A stretch of DNA of 64,000 bases from Candidatus Limnocylindrales bacterium (GCA_035248345.1 DATFHO010000045.1:53398-117397), one strand, 5' to 3'; shown: positions 7,482 to 16,306, counted from the stretch's first letter. Numbers and translations are program-made. Notes: a model not told the origin generated them from the sequence alone.

Positions 7482-9338
7482 GTGAGGTTCAGCTTCGCCT
7501 TGACCCTCGATGTCCGCCAGGAGTTCCTCGTCCAGCCGGTCGATGCTTCCTGGCTCCAGTGCAACATCGAGTGCCAGGAGGCATGCCCTGTCGGCACGAA
7601 CTGCCGCGGCTACCTGAACCTCGCGGCCGAAGGCCGCTTCGAAGAGGGCTACATCCTCTCCCGCGAGCCAAACCCGGTCGCGGCGATGTGCTCCTACGTC
7701 TGCTCCGCCCCATGCGAGCGCGCCTGCCGGCGCGGTGACATCGATCGCCCGCTCGCCATCCGCGCCATGAAGCGGTTCCTCGTCGAGTGGCACGAGGCGT
7801 CCGGCATCCCCGACGTCATGCCCCACATCGAGGCGCGCGCCGAGAAGGTCGCCGTCGTCGGTGCCGGACCCGCCGGGATCGCCGTCGCCCGTGAGCTCGC
7901 GATGAAGGGCTACGGCGTCGACGTCTACGACAGCCTCCCGTTCGCCGGCGGCACGATGCTCATCGGCGTCCCGGCGTTCCGCCTCCCGCGCGAGGCGATC
8001 GAGATGGACGTCAAGCTCGTCGAACGGCTCGGCGTCACGTTCCACTACAACACCAACATCGGCGTCGACATCGCGTTCGACGATCTTCAGAGCCGCTTCG
8101 ACGCCGTGGCGATCACCGCCGGCGCCATGAACGCGGTTGCGCTCGACGTGCCCGGTGGCGACCTGGAAGGCGTCCAGTACGGCGTCGACTTCATGAAGAA
8201 GGCGAACCTCGGCGAGGAGCTCTACGTCGGCAAGGACGTGGTGGTCATCGGCGGTGGGTACACGGCGATGGACTGTTCCCGCACGTCCCTCCGCCACGGC
8301 GCCGAGAATGTCGCGATCGTGTACCGCCGCACGCGCTCCGAGCTGGTCGTGGACGAGGAAGAGCTCGGCGAGACCGAGCGCGAAGGCGTGCGCATGGAGT
8401 TCCTCGCGAGCCCGGTTGAGGTGCTCGGCGAGGACGGCCACGTGGTCGGCGTGAAGTTCATCCGCAACCGCCTCGGCGAGCCCGATGCGTCCGGCCGCCG
8501 CTCGCCGGTGCCGATCGAGGGCTCCGAGTTCGTGATCAAGGCGGACGTCGTGATCCCGGCCGTGTCCCAGGCCGCGGACCTGACCTTCCTCCCGGTCGAG
8601 GCGGACTTCGAGGTCAACCGCGGCCGCGTGAAGGTCGATCCCGCGACGTACGCGACCAACGTCCGCGGCGTCTTCGCCTGCGGTGACTTCGTGACCGGCC
8701 CGACGACGCTCATCGAGGCTGCCGGCCATGGCAAGAAGTGCGCGTACGCGATCGATCGCTACCTCGCTGGCCGAACGGACGTCACGGTCGCGGCGAACGT
8801 GAAGATGTCCAGCCAGTGGACCTTCGAGATGCCCGAGTTCTACGACGTCCTGCCGCGCCAGCACATCCCGATGACCGCGCTCGCCGAGCGGATGCCGTCC
8901 ACGGATCCGGACGTCAACTTCACGACGCAGGTCGAGCGGGGCTACGACGCGACCGCGGCCGTCGCCGAGTCGACGCGCTGCCTGATGTGCAACTACAACA
9001 TCTGGTTCGACCCGTTCCGGTGCACGCTGTGCGGCGCGTGCGCAGATGTGTGCCCCGAGGGCATCATCCACATGGTCGACATCAACACGCTGAAGTCCGA
9101 GGGCCTCCTGACGGAGCTGGACGAGGCGTACGGCTGGCGCGACGGCGCCGCCATGGTGCTCGACGAGGAGCGGTGCATCCGCTGCGCCCTGTGCGTCAAG
9201 CGTTGCCCGTTCGACGCCATTACGATGGAGCGGTTCGAGCTCCAGGAGATCTCGACCGACGGCCGGCTCTACAAGGAGTCGTACCGGGACGCGCAGCTCG
9301 CCGGGACGCCCGGCGTCGCAGGAGGATCGGTTCGTTGA
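7482..9338 (+). CDS. GltD-like NAD(P)H-dependent FAD/FeS oxidoreductase fused to a C-terminal 2x[4Fe-4S] ferredoxin domain; first gene of the Rieske/cyt b operon
   Basis: 618 aa.
- N-terminal Cys clusters: CNIECQEACPVGTNC...CSYVCSAPCERAC, as in the glutamate synthase small subunit.
- Dinucleotide folds: KVAVVGAGPAGIAVA and KDVVVIGGGYTAMD, plus GVFACGD.
- C-terminal ferredoxin motifs: CTLCGACADVCP and CIRCALCVKRCP (CxxCxxCxxxCP, twice).
- No TM segment.
The stop overlaps the TTG start of cytochrome b (TTGA at 9335-9338). Confidence 0.85.
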   Translation: MRFSFALTLDVRQEFLVQPVDASWLQCNIECQEACPVGTNCRGYLNLAAEGRFEEGYILSREPNPVAAMCSYVCSAPCERACRRGDIDRPLAIRAMKRFLVEWHEASGIPDVMPHIEARAEKVAVVGAGPAGIAVARELAMKGYGVDVYDSLPFAGGTMLIGVPAFRLPREAIEMDVKLVERLGVTFHYNTNIGVDIAFDDLQSRFDAVAITAGAMNAVALDVPGGDLEGVQYGVDFMKKANLGEELYVGKDVVVIGGGYTAMDCSRTSLRHGAENVAIVYRRTRSELVVDEEELGETEREGVRMEFLASPVEVLGEDGHVVGVKFIRNRLGEPDASGRRSPVPIEGSEFVIKADVVIPAVSQAADLTFLPVEADFEVNRGRVKVDPATYATNVRGVFACGDFVTGPTTLIEAAGHGKKCAYAIDRYLAGRTDVTVAANVKMSSQWTFEMPEFYDVLPRQHIPMTALAERMPSTDPDVNFTTQVERGYDATAAVAESTRCLMCNYNIWFDPFRCTLCGACADVCPEGIIHMVDINTLKSEGLLTELDEAYGWRDGAAMVLDEERCIRCALCVKRCPFDAITMERFELQEISTDGRLYKESYRDAQLAGTPGVAGGSVR

Positions 9339-10063
9339 GCTTCCTCGAGCGGGTGGACCAGACCATCCGCCGAAGCCCCGTCTGGCGCTCGCTGTTCCGC
9401 AACCCGTATCCGACGGACGAGCGGTCACGCGCCTACGCGGTCATGAACAATGTGTTCCTCCACCTGCACCCGGTGCGGGTCCGGCAGCACGCGGTGAAGT
9501 TCGCCTACACGTTCTGCCTGGGCGGCCTGTCGTTCTTCCTGTTCCTCGTCCTGACCGTGACGGGCGTCTACCTGATGTTCTTCTACATCCCGTCGACGAC
9601 GCACGCGTACACGGACATCCTGAACATCCAGTCGAGCGTGGCGTTCGGGCAGATCACCCGCAACGTGCACCGGTGGGGCGCCCACCTGATGGTGTTCTTC
9701 GTCTTCCTGCACATGATGCGGGTCTTCTACCACGGGGCCTACAAGCCGCCGCGCGAGTTCAACTGGGTCGTCGGCGTGCTGCTCCTGCTCATGACGATCG
9801 CCCTGAGCTTCACCGGCTACCTGCTCCCGTGGGACCAGATCAGCTACTGGGCCATCACGATCGGCCTGAACATGGCGAGCTACACGCCGGTCATCAACAC
9901 GCCGATCCAGAACTTGATCTTCGGTGGCTTGGAGGTCGGGCAGAACACGCTGCTCCGCTTCTACGTGCTCCACATCATGGTCCTGCCGCTCGTGGCAGCC
10001 ATCCTCCTCGCGGTGCACTTCTGGCGCATCCGCAAGGACGGCGGGATCTCCGGGCCGCTGTGA
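9335..10063 (+). CDS. cytochrome b6-type cytochrome b (N-terminal four-helix half; PetB/QcrB-like)
   Basis: TTG at 9335 with GGAGGA 9 nt upstream. Helix B reads HRWGAHLMVFFVFLH (His 14 residues apart). Helix D reads HIMVLPLVAAILLAVH (His 15 apart, b6-type spacing). Also carries the FCLGG motif and WDQISYWA. Confidence 0.9.
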   Translation: MSFLERVDQTIRRSPVWRSLFRNPYPTDERSRAYAVMNNVFLHLHPVRVRQHAVKFAYTFCLGGLSFFLFLVLTVTGVYLMFFYIPSTTHAYTDILNIQSSVAFGQITRNVHRWGAHLMVFFVFLHMMRVFYHGAYKPPREFNWVVGVLLLLMTIALSFTGYLLPWDQISYWAITIGLNMASYTPVINTPIQNLIFGGLEVGQNTLLRFYVLHIMVLPLVAAILLAVHFWRIRKDGGISGPL

Positions 10064-10066
10064 TCC

Positions 10067-10693
10067 ATGACTGACCAAAAGACCGAGCCGCGCGAGTCAC
10101 GCGGCGCGATCCAGCCGGTCGATCCCGCCCGTCGGACGGAGATCGACAAGCAGCGCGTGCCCATGTCCGCGCGGCCGTACCGGCTGCTCGCGATGGTCAA
10201 GCAGGACGCCGTCGTCCGTGTCCAGAAGGAACCGGACGACACGGTCATGACCTGGCCGCACCTGCTCTCGATCGAGTTCCTCGCGGCGGTCGTCATGAGC
10301 ATCTTCCTGCTGCTCATGGGCCTGTTCATCAACGCGCCGCTCGAGGAGCTGGCGAACGCGAACGTCACCCCGCCGGTCGCGAAGGCGCCGTGGTACCTGC
10401 TCGGGCTGCAGGAGATGCTGGCCTACTTCCACCCGGTCATCTCCGGCGTGCTCGTGCCGTTCCTGTACATCCTCGGCGCCGGCTTCATCCTGCCGTACCT
10501 GGACCGGGCAAACATCGAGGCGAAGAAGCCGTCGGATCGGAAAACCGCCGTCGTGCTGTTCAGCCTGCTGTGCGTGCTCGGCCTCATGGTCACGTTCGTG
10601 GGCGTGTTCTTCCGCGGCCCAGGCTACTCGCTCGTGACGCCGTTCCTGCCCTTCTTCGACAACTTCACCAACGGCCTCCACTTCGCCCTGTAA
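10067..10693 (+). CDS. cytochrome b C-terminal half / subunit IV (PetD-like)
   Basis: 208 aa with three TM helices. The Qo-loop region VTPPVAKAPWYLLGLQEMLAYF aligns with the PEWY(F) segment of PetD. Starts 4 nt after the cyt b stop. Confidence 0.85.
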   Translation: MTDQKTEPRESRGAIQPVDPARRTEIDKQRVPMSARPYRLLAMVKQDAVVRVQKEPDDTVMTWPHLLSIEFLAAVVMSIFLLLMGLFINAPLEELANANVTPPVAKAPWYLLGLQEMLAYFHPVISGVLVPFLYILGAGFILPYLDRANIEAKKPSDRKTAVVLFSLLCVLGLMVTFVGVFFRGPGYSLVTPFLPFFDNFTNGLHFAL

Positions 10694-10706
10694 GACCGAA
10701 GAGCTG

Positions 10707-11381
10707 ATGAGCAACTACCACCTCGCGCCCGCCGACAAGCCGAAGGCCCTCACGCCGCAGGCCCTCAGATCGCTCCGCCAGGATCCCGTCCAGGGCATCT
10801 CTCGCCGGACGCTGCTCCGCCGCTCGATCGGTGGTGCCGCGCTGCTCTGGCTCACCGAGGTCGCGGCCGGGTCCATCGGCTTCCTGTGGCCGAACACGAA
10901 GGGCGGCTTCGGCAGCGTCATCAAGATCGGCAAGATCGCGGACATCAAGTCCGCGAACTCGTCCATCCCGTTCGCGAACGGCTTCCCGGTGTATTACCAG
11001 GAGGCCCGCGCCTACATCATGCTGGTCGACACGGCCCGCCAGGAGTTCATCCCCGGCGAGGACAAGACCGGCGACGGCACCGCGCTGAACGTCCGTGCGC
11101 TCTACCAGCGCTGCCCGCACCTCGGCTGCAAGCCGAACCCGTGCCTCAAGAACTACTGGTTCGAGTGCCCGTGCCACGGCTCCCGCTACGACCGGCTCGG
11201 GATCAAGGCCCAGGGCGCGCAGTACGGCCCGGCGCCGCGCGGGATGGACCGCTTCTCGATCACGGTCGACGCTGACGGCAACCTGATCGTCGACACGTCG
11301 AAGATCACCCTCGGTCCCCTGCCGATTCCGGTTGGCCAGCCCGGCATCATCCCGCCGAAGAGCCCGGTCGGCTGCATCTGA
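10707..11381 (+). CDS. Rieske [2Fe-2S] protein with Tat-type signal/anchor
   Basis: 224 aa. Twin-arginine region ISRRTLLRRSIGGAALLWL. Cluster boxes CPHLGC and CPCHGSRY. Confidence 0.9.
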   Translation: MSNYHLAPADKPKALTPQALRSLRQDPVQGISRRTLLRRSIGGAALLWLTEVAAGSIGFLWPNTKGGFGSVIKIGKIADIKSANSSIPFANGFPVYYQEARAYIMLVDTARQEFIPGEDKTGDGTALNVRALYQRCPHLGCKPNPCLKNYWFECPCHGSRYDRLGIKAQGAQYGPAPRGMDRFSITVDADGNLIVDTSKITLGPLPIPVGQPGIIPPKSPVGCI

Positions 11382-12442
11382 TGACCGACGAAACGAACCG
11401 CCCGGAAGGGTCGGATCGAAGCCTTCCCGCACGACGCGACGCGGACGCCGGGGTACCGGCGCGGACCGCGGATCGGTTCACGGCGCCGCGCCAGACCCGC
11501 GCCGTCGGCGGGCTGACCTCGGAGCGCGCCGCGAAGATCGTGCGGCAGTCGGGCGACGCCCGCTGGGTGGCGTTCCTCGGGCTCGTGATCGTCGCCCTGT
11601 TCGTCATCGTCTATTACTTCTACGAGCTCGGAGTGCCGATCATCAACACGACGCCGCGCATGCAGGCCGAGGCGGACCTCCAGCAGGTCACCTCCGTCGA
11701 GCGCGGGTACAACCTCTTCGAGGCGAACTGCGCGAAGTGCCACGGCGCGAACGGCGAAGGTGGCGTCGGGCCGGTGCTGAACGACCAGAACAAGCTCTTC
11801 TCGCACCTGACCGAGGCCTACATCCGGAACGTCCTTGAGGTCGGCGGCCGGTATGTCTGCGGCAATCCGAAGAGCGTGATGCCGGTGTGGTCGAACACGA
11901 ACGGCGGGCCGCTGAACTACGTCCAGATCGAGGATCTCATCGCATTCATCCGCGCCGATTCCACGCAGGAATACGTAAAGCGGAGCGCGACGCTGAATGA
12001 GCCGATCATCGGAGATGACGGCAAGGTCGAGACGTTCAAGGGTTGGCGCGACGTGACCTTCAAGCCGGATCCGAGCGCATCGCCGGTTCCGGACTGCTAC
12101 CTCGGCGACAAGGGCTCGGCCACACCGGCACCGGCCGCCTCCCTCGGGCCGGACGCGCCGACCTTCAACGTCGTCGGCCTGAACATCGCCTTCGACAAGA
12201 AGACACTCGACGTCGCCGCCAACACGCCATTCGCGATCGACTTCGACAACCAGGATCCCGCCGGTGTCCAGCACAACGTGGAGATCCGGGACGACACGGG
12301 CCAGGTCCTGCAGGACCAGCCGCTCATCGATGGCGGGCAGAAGACCACCTACGTCTACAGCGGACTGCCGGCCGGCACCTACACGTTCATCTGCAAGGTG
12401 CACCCGATCCCCAACATGACCGGCACCTTGACGGTGAAATAG
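11381..12442 (+). CDS. membrane-anchored monohaem cytochrome c fused to a C-terminal type-1 copper (cupredoxin) domain
   Basis: 353 aa.
- TM anchor: WVAFLGLVIVALFVIVYYFY.
- Haem motif CAKCH, with a distal SVMPVW methionine.
- Pro/Ala linker.
- Cupredoxin ligand set: VQHNVEI ... FICKVHPIPNMTGTLTVK (His, Cys, His, Met).
The ATG overlaps the Rieske stop by 1 nt. Confidence 0.85.
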   Translation: MTDETNRPEGSDRSLPARRDADAGVPARTADRFTAPRQTRAVGGLTSERAAKIVRQSGDARWVAFLGLVIVALFVIVYYFYELGVPIINTTPRMQAEADLQQVTSVERGYNLFEANCAKCHGANGEGGVGPVLNDQNKLFSHLTEAYIRNVLEVGGRYVCGNPKSVMPVWSNTNGGPLNYVQIEDLIAFIRADSTQEYVKRSATLNEPIIGDDGKVETFKGWRDVTFKPDPSASPVPDCYLGDKGSATPAPAASLGPDAPTFNVVGLNIAFDKKTLDVAANTPFAIDFDNQDPAGVQHNVEIRDDTGQVLQDQPLIDGGQKTTYVYSGLPAGTYTFICKVHPIPNMTGTLTVK

Positions 12443-12444
12443 CG

Positions 12445-13983
12445 ATGGCCCGAGCGCTTTCCGCTGGTTCCGTGCGCCATCGACGGACCATGTTCGGCCT
12501 GGTCGACAGCGACGGTTGGGCATGGGCGTCGATCAAGGCGTTCATCTGGCTGATCGTGATCATCATGGTCCTCGGGTACATCCCGGACCGCGCCTACTAC
12601 TTCGTGGTCTCACGCACGATCGACCTCGGGATCATCGGCTGGTCGCCGGTGAACCTCTGCCCGCCCGAGAACACCGCCGCGATGCCGTGCCCCGTTCCGG
12701 CCGGCGCGATCCTGCCGTGGCAGGCCGCGGGTGACGCGGCCGCGCTGCCGGCCGCTCGCTACGGCGGCAACGCGATCCAGCTCGGCTCGAACCTGCTGTA
12801 CGCAGGCGGGTCGGACGCGAGCGGGGCCACCTCGACGACGTACGCAACGAAGCTCGACAAGGGCAACTTCGGACCCTGGACCGAGGGCCCGGCACTGCCC
12901 GAGGCGCGCACCGGCGCAGCCGTCACGACGCTCAGCGGCACCGCCTACATGGTGGGCGGCATCGGCCCGGACGGGAAGCCGACGAAGACCGTGTGGACGC
13001 TCGGACTCGACCCCGATACGAACGCGCTCAAGACGTGGTCGACCGTCTGCACCGTCGCGCTCAAGACGGGCGAGACCTGCGCCAACGACAAGCTCCTGAC
13101 GCTGCCGGACGCGCGGACCGGTTCCTCGATCGTCGCGGTCTCGGACGGCTTGCTCGTGATCGGCGGGCGCGGTGCCGACAACAAGCCGACCTCCACGGTC
13201 TGGAAGTCCACGCTCAACGACAAGGGCGTCCTCGGCGCGTTCGCCGAGCAGCCGGGCCTGCCGCATGCGATCACCGACGCCGCGGCCGGGCTGGAGGGCA
13301 CGTTCGTCTTCGTCTATGGCGGCACCGGCGACAGCGGCCCGGTCGGCGGGGTCATGCGCTCTGCCTACGGGAACGTCACGCCGGCCCTCGCAAGCGGCGC
13401 CCCGACCCCGGATCCGAGCGCGGCACCGGCCCAGGGGATCGTCGGCTGGGCGACGCTCGACGCGGCGAACATGCCCGTCGCTCGAACGGGTGGCGCGGGC
13501 TTCTCGGCCAACGGCGCCATGTACTACGCCGGCGGTTCCGACGGCACGAAGACCTACGGTGACGTCTACTGGGCGCTGCCGGACGCCGCAGGCAACCTCC
13601 CCGGTGGCTGGCACCACCTCGACGCGACGGACCTGCCTGGTGGCCTCGTGAACGCCGCGCCGATCGTGGCCGGGACGAACGTGATCCTCATCGGCGGCCA
13701 GGCGGACGGCGGGGCGCTCACCTCGTCGACGCACGCCTCGCTCGCACCGCAGGAGCCCTTCTTCCGGCTGGGCCTGGTCGGCGCCACGGTTCCGGGCCTC
13801 CAGATCTCGGGTGAGATCGGGCAGCAGCTCGGCTACCTCGCGGCTGCGGGTGTCGGCACCGGCAACTTCGTGATCCTCGTGATCGTCGCGTGGGCGTTCA
13901 ACCACCGACCGCAGATCATGGAGTGGCGCGAGCGCCGCAAGCGCGAGAAGGACGCCAAGGTCCCCTCCGAACCCGAAGCGTAA
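12445..13983 (+). CDS. Kelch-repeat beta-propeller protein bracketed by N- and C-terminal TM helices; last gene of the Rieske/cyt b operon
   Basis: Internal ATG at 12445 of ORF 12043..13983, 2 nt after the previous stop. N-terminal TM is IKAFIWLIVIIMVLGYI. Repeats of the type LYAGGSD.., AYMVGGIGPDGKPT.TVW, LLVIGGRGADNKPTSTVW, FVFVYGG and MYYAGGSDG (Kelch GG..W pattern). C-terminal TM is GNFVILVIVAWAF followed by a Lys/Arg/Glu tail. Confidence 0.75.
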   Translation: MARALSAGSVRHRRTMFGLVDSDGWAWASIKAFIWLIVIIMVLGYIPDRAYYFVVSRTIDLGIIGWSPVNLCPPENTAAMPCPVPAGAILPWQAAGDAAALPAARYGGNAIQLGSNLLYAGGSDASGATSTTYATKLDKGNFGPWTEGPALPEARTGAAVTTLSGTAYMVGGIGPDGKPTKTVWTLGLDPDTNALKTWSTVCTVALKTGETCANDKLLTLPDARTGSSIVAVSDGLLVIGGRGADNKPTSTVWKSTLNDKGVLGAFAEQPGLPHAITDAAAGLEGTFVFVYGGTGDSGPVGGVMRSAYGNVTPALASGAPTPDPSAAPAQGIVGWATLDAANMPVARTGGAGFSANGAMYYAGGSDGTKTYGDVYWALPDAAGNLPGGWHHLDATDLPGGLVNAAPIVAGTNVILIGGQADGGALTSSTHASLAPQEPFFRLGLVGATVPGLQISGEIGQQLGYLAAAGVGTGNFVILVIVAWAFNHRPQIMEWRERRKREKDAKVPSEPEA

Positions 13984-14213
13984 CCAGCCGCGGCTCCGCA
14001 GCGGCGCGCCTGGTCCCTGCCCCAGGGCGTCGCGGCGTCACGGCTCACAGGGGCCCGTTTCTGCCAAGGATCCGGCACGCGTATGTTCGTCCAGAAGTTG
14101 CCGCCATCTATCCACGCCGTGCGTATCTGACAAGGAGCTTGGCGCGTGCTGAGCGTCAGCGCCGCATCCGAACGTGGCCGGTTGGTGATTACCATCCAGT
14201 AGCCGAATAGTTG

Positions 14214-14654
14214 TCAGGTGTTCGGGCGGGTGATCCTCGGAATCGGCATCGGCGGGCCGACCGGCGCCGCGAACCACGCATCGATCGTCTCGAGGAGCGC
14301 GCGCGCATCGATGCCGAGCGCGGGACCGGCGGACGTGCCGGCCTCGATGCGTTCCCGTGCGCCGCGCAGGTTCTTCTCGATGCCGGCGGGATTGCCGCGC
14401 GCCTGGTGGACGAATGCGGCGGCGAGCTTGATCAGTCCCTGGATCAGCTCGCGCTCGGACAGGTCACGGGTGCCCATCCATGCGGGCTCCCAGCGCTCAT
14501 GCGCCTCGAAGAAGTCGTCGTTCGCGTAGGCCGCGAGCCCCGCTTCGAAGGCTTCGCGCCGTGCCGCCGGCGGCAGGGGCCGGTACGCCTTGGCCCGTCC
14601 GCCCTGGAGGATCCGCTCGTCTGGCGTCGGGTTGGCCGCGTTGTGCCGCGTCAC
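14214..14654 (-). CDS. DUF309-family protein
   Basis: GTG at 14654 overlaps the stop of the upstream gene (GTGA). Carries the hallmark FFEAHERWEPAW (F.EAHE.WE..W) followed by LIQGLIKLAAAFVH. Confidence 0.65.
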   Translation of the reverse strand: MTRHNAANPTPDERILQGGRAKAYRPLPPAARREAFEAGLAAYANDDFFEAHERWEPAWMGTRDLSERELIQGLIKLAAAFVHQARGNPAGIEKNLRGARERIEAGTSAGPALGIDARALLETIDAWFAAPVGPPMPIPRITRPNT

Positions 14655-15094
14655 GCCGCGGGAGTTCCGGAGCCGTGGCTCGAGCCGGCGGGCAGGTCGG
14701 TCAACGGCCTGCGCGAATCGAAGCCCTCGTCGTGCGCGTGCCACGACTCGATAGCGCCTTCCCCGAGCCGCCAGCACAGCCAGATCGGCCGGCCGGTCAC
14801 CAGCGCGGGGAAGTCGATGAGTCCCGTCGAGATGTCGCGCAACGTGACATCCAGCTCCACGAGCCGGGCGACGCCCGCCTGCATCTGGTCGATGAGCCCC
14901 TGCATGGAGAGGCGCAGCAGTCGAACCTGCTCGCCGACACCTGCGGGCAGGGAGGTGTCGTCATCGGGCGAAAGCTCGACCACCTTGTCGCGCCGGGCGA
15001 TGAGCTCCTCGCGCTGGTCGCGGAGCGCGATGAGGATGCGCTCGACCTCGGGCAGCGAGGCGTTGGCTTCGTCGATCGAGTAGTAGCGGGTCAC
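14651..15094 (-). CDS. DUF2203-family protein
   Basis: 147 aa. The N-terminus [21 protein letters not shown] and the later [18 protein letters not shown] match my recollection of DUF2203 proteins. Coupled to the DUF309 gene. Confidence 0.6.
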   Translation of the reverse strand: MTRYYSIDEANASLPEVERILIALRDQREELIARRDKVVELSPDDDTSLPAGVGEQVRLLRLSMQGLIDQMQAGVARLVELDVTLRDISTGLIDFPALVTGRPIWLCWRLGEGAIESWHAHDEGFDSRRPLTDLPAGSSHGSGTPAA

Positions 15095-15115
15095 GCCCCG
15101 ATTTTACCGGCCCCT

Positions 15116-16306
15116 ATGATCTTGCCCATGAAACCAGCCCAGCGGATGGAGACAATCGGCACCGAAAACGCGTTCGAGGTGTCCGCTCGGGCCCGCGCGC
15201 TCGCGGCGACCGGCAAGGACGTCGTGTTCCTGCAGATCGGCGAGCCGGACTTCGACACCCCGAAGAACGTCCGCGAGGCCGCCAAGAAGGCCATCGACGA
15301 CGGCATCACCCACTACCCGCCGTACGCGGGGCTGCCGGACCTCCGCGCCGCGATCGCCGAAGACACCACGGCGCGACGGGGTTTCCAGGCGAAGCCCGAG
15401 AACACCTTCGTGACGGTCGGCGGCAAGGGCGTGATGGTCTACGCGATCATGGCCCTGGTGAACCCGGGGGACGAGGTCATCGTCCCCGACCCGGGCTACC
15501 CGATCTACGACTCGATCACCCGCTTCGTCGGCGGCACCTCCGTTCCGATCCCGATCCGGATGGAGAACGACTTCCGCCTCGATGTCGACGAGCTCGCGTC
15601 CCTGATCACGCCACGCACCAAGCTGATCGTGATCAACTCGCCTGCCAACCCGACCGGCGGCGTCATGACCCGAAGCGACAACGAGCGGATCGCGGAGCTG
15701 GCGCTCAAGCACGACCTCGTGGTCCTCTCCGACGAGATCTACTCGCGGATCCTCTACGACGGCGCGGAGCACGTGTCGATCGCGTCGTTGCCCGGGATGC
15801 AGGAGCGGACGATCCTCCTCGACGGCTTTTCCAAGACCTTCGCAATGACCGGCTGGCGCATGGGCTACGCGATCGTGCCCGACTGGCTCGTCTCGGCGTA
15901 CAGCCAGCTGATCATCAACACGATCTCCGGCGTCACCGCGTTCGCCCAGGTCGGCGCGATCGAGGCGCTCCGCGGGCCCCAGGACGAGGTCGAGGCGATG
16001 GTCCGCGAGTTCGATGCGCGACGGAACCTCATCGTCGACGGGCTGAACGAGATCCCGGGCTTCCGATGCGCGAAGCCGCAGGGCGCCTTCTACGTCTTCC
16101 CGGACATCTCCGAGACGGGCATGACGGGCCAGCAGCTGGCCGATCGACTCCTGTACGAGGCCGGCGTCTGCGTCCTGGCCGGCACGGCGTTCGGCGGCGT
16201 CGGGACGAACCACATCCGGATCTCGTACGCGAACTCGCAGGCGAACCTCCGCGAAGCGCTGGCTCGCATTCGAACCTTCGTCGCCAGGGCGTCGTCGCCC
16301 GCGTGA
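15116..16306 (+). CDS. class I/II pyridoxal-phosphate aminotransferase (aspartate aminotransferase-like)
   Basis: ATG at 15116 (alternatives at 15128 and 15146). Contains [12 protein letters not shown] and the PLP-lysine block [16 protein letters not shown], with IRISYA near the C-terminus. Confidence 0.9.
   Translation: MILPMKPAQRMETIGTENAFEVSARARALAATGKDVVFLQIGEPDFDTPKNVREAAKKAIDDGITHYPPYAGLPDLRAAIAEDTTARRGFQAKPENTFVTVGGKGVMVYAIMALVNPGDEVIVPDPGYPIYDSITRFVGGTSVPIPIRMENDFRLDVDELASLITPRTKLIVINSPANPTGGVMTRSDNERIAELALKHDLVVLSDEIYSRILYDGAEHVSIASLPGMQERTILLDGFSKTFAMTGWRMGYAIVPDWLVSAYSQLIINTISGVTAFAQVGAIEALRGPQDEVEAMVREFDARRNLIVDGLNEIPGFRCAKPQGAFYVFPDISETGMTGQQLADRLLYEAGVCVLAGTAFGGVGTNHIRISYANSQANLREALARIRTFVARASSPA

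Noticed and set aside
7383-9428. 681-aa ORF on the minus strand, antisense to the GltD-like gene
   Set aside because: Its composition is dominated by Arg/Ala/Gly/Asp/His runs with no recognisable motif. The opposite strand encodes a protein with several independent family signatures. This is a typical shadow ORF of a 70% GC genome.
13833-14195. 120-aa minus-strand ORF, plus the 230-bp gap after the Kelch gene
   Set aside because: Most of the ORF is antisense to the Kelch gene 3' end, and it has no motifs. The gap has only weak 4-7 bp stems and no T-tract, so I call no terminator or RNA there.
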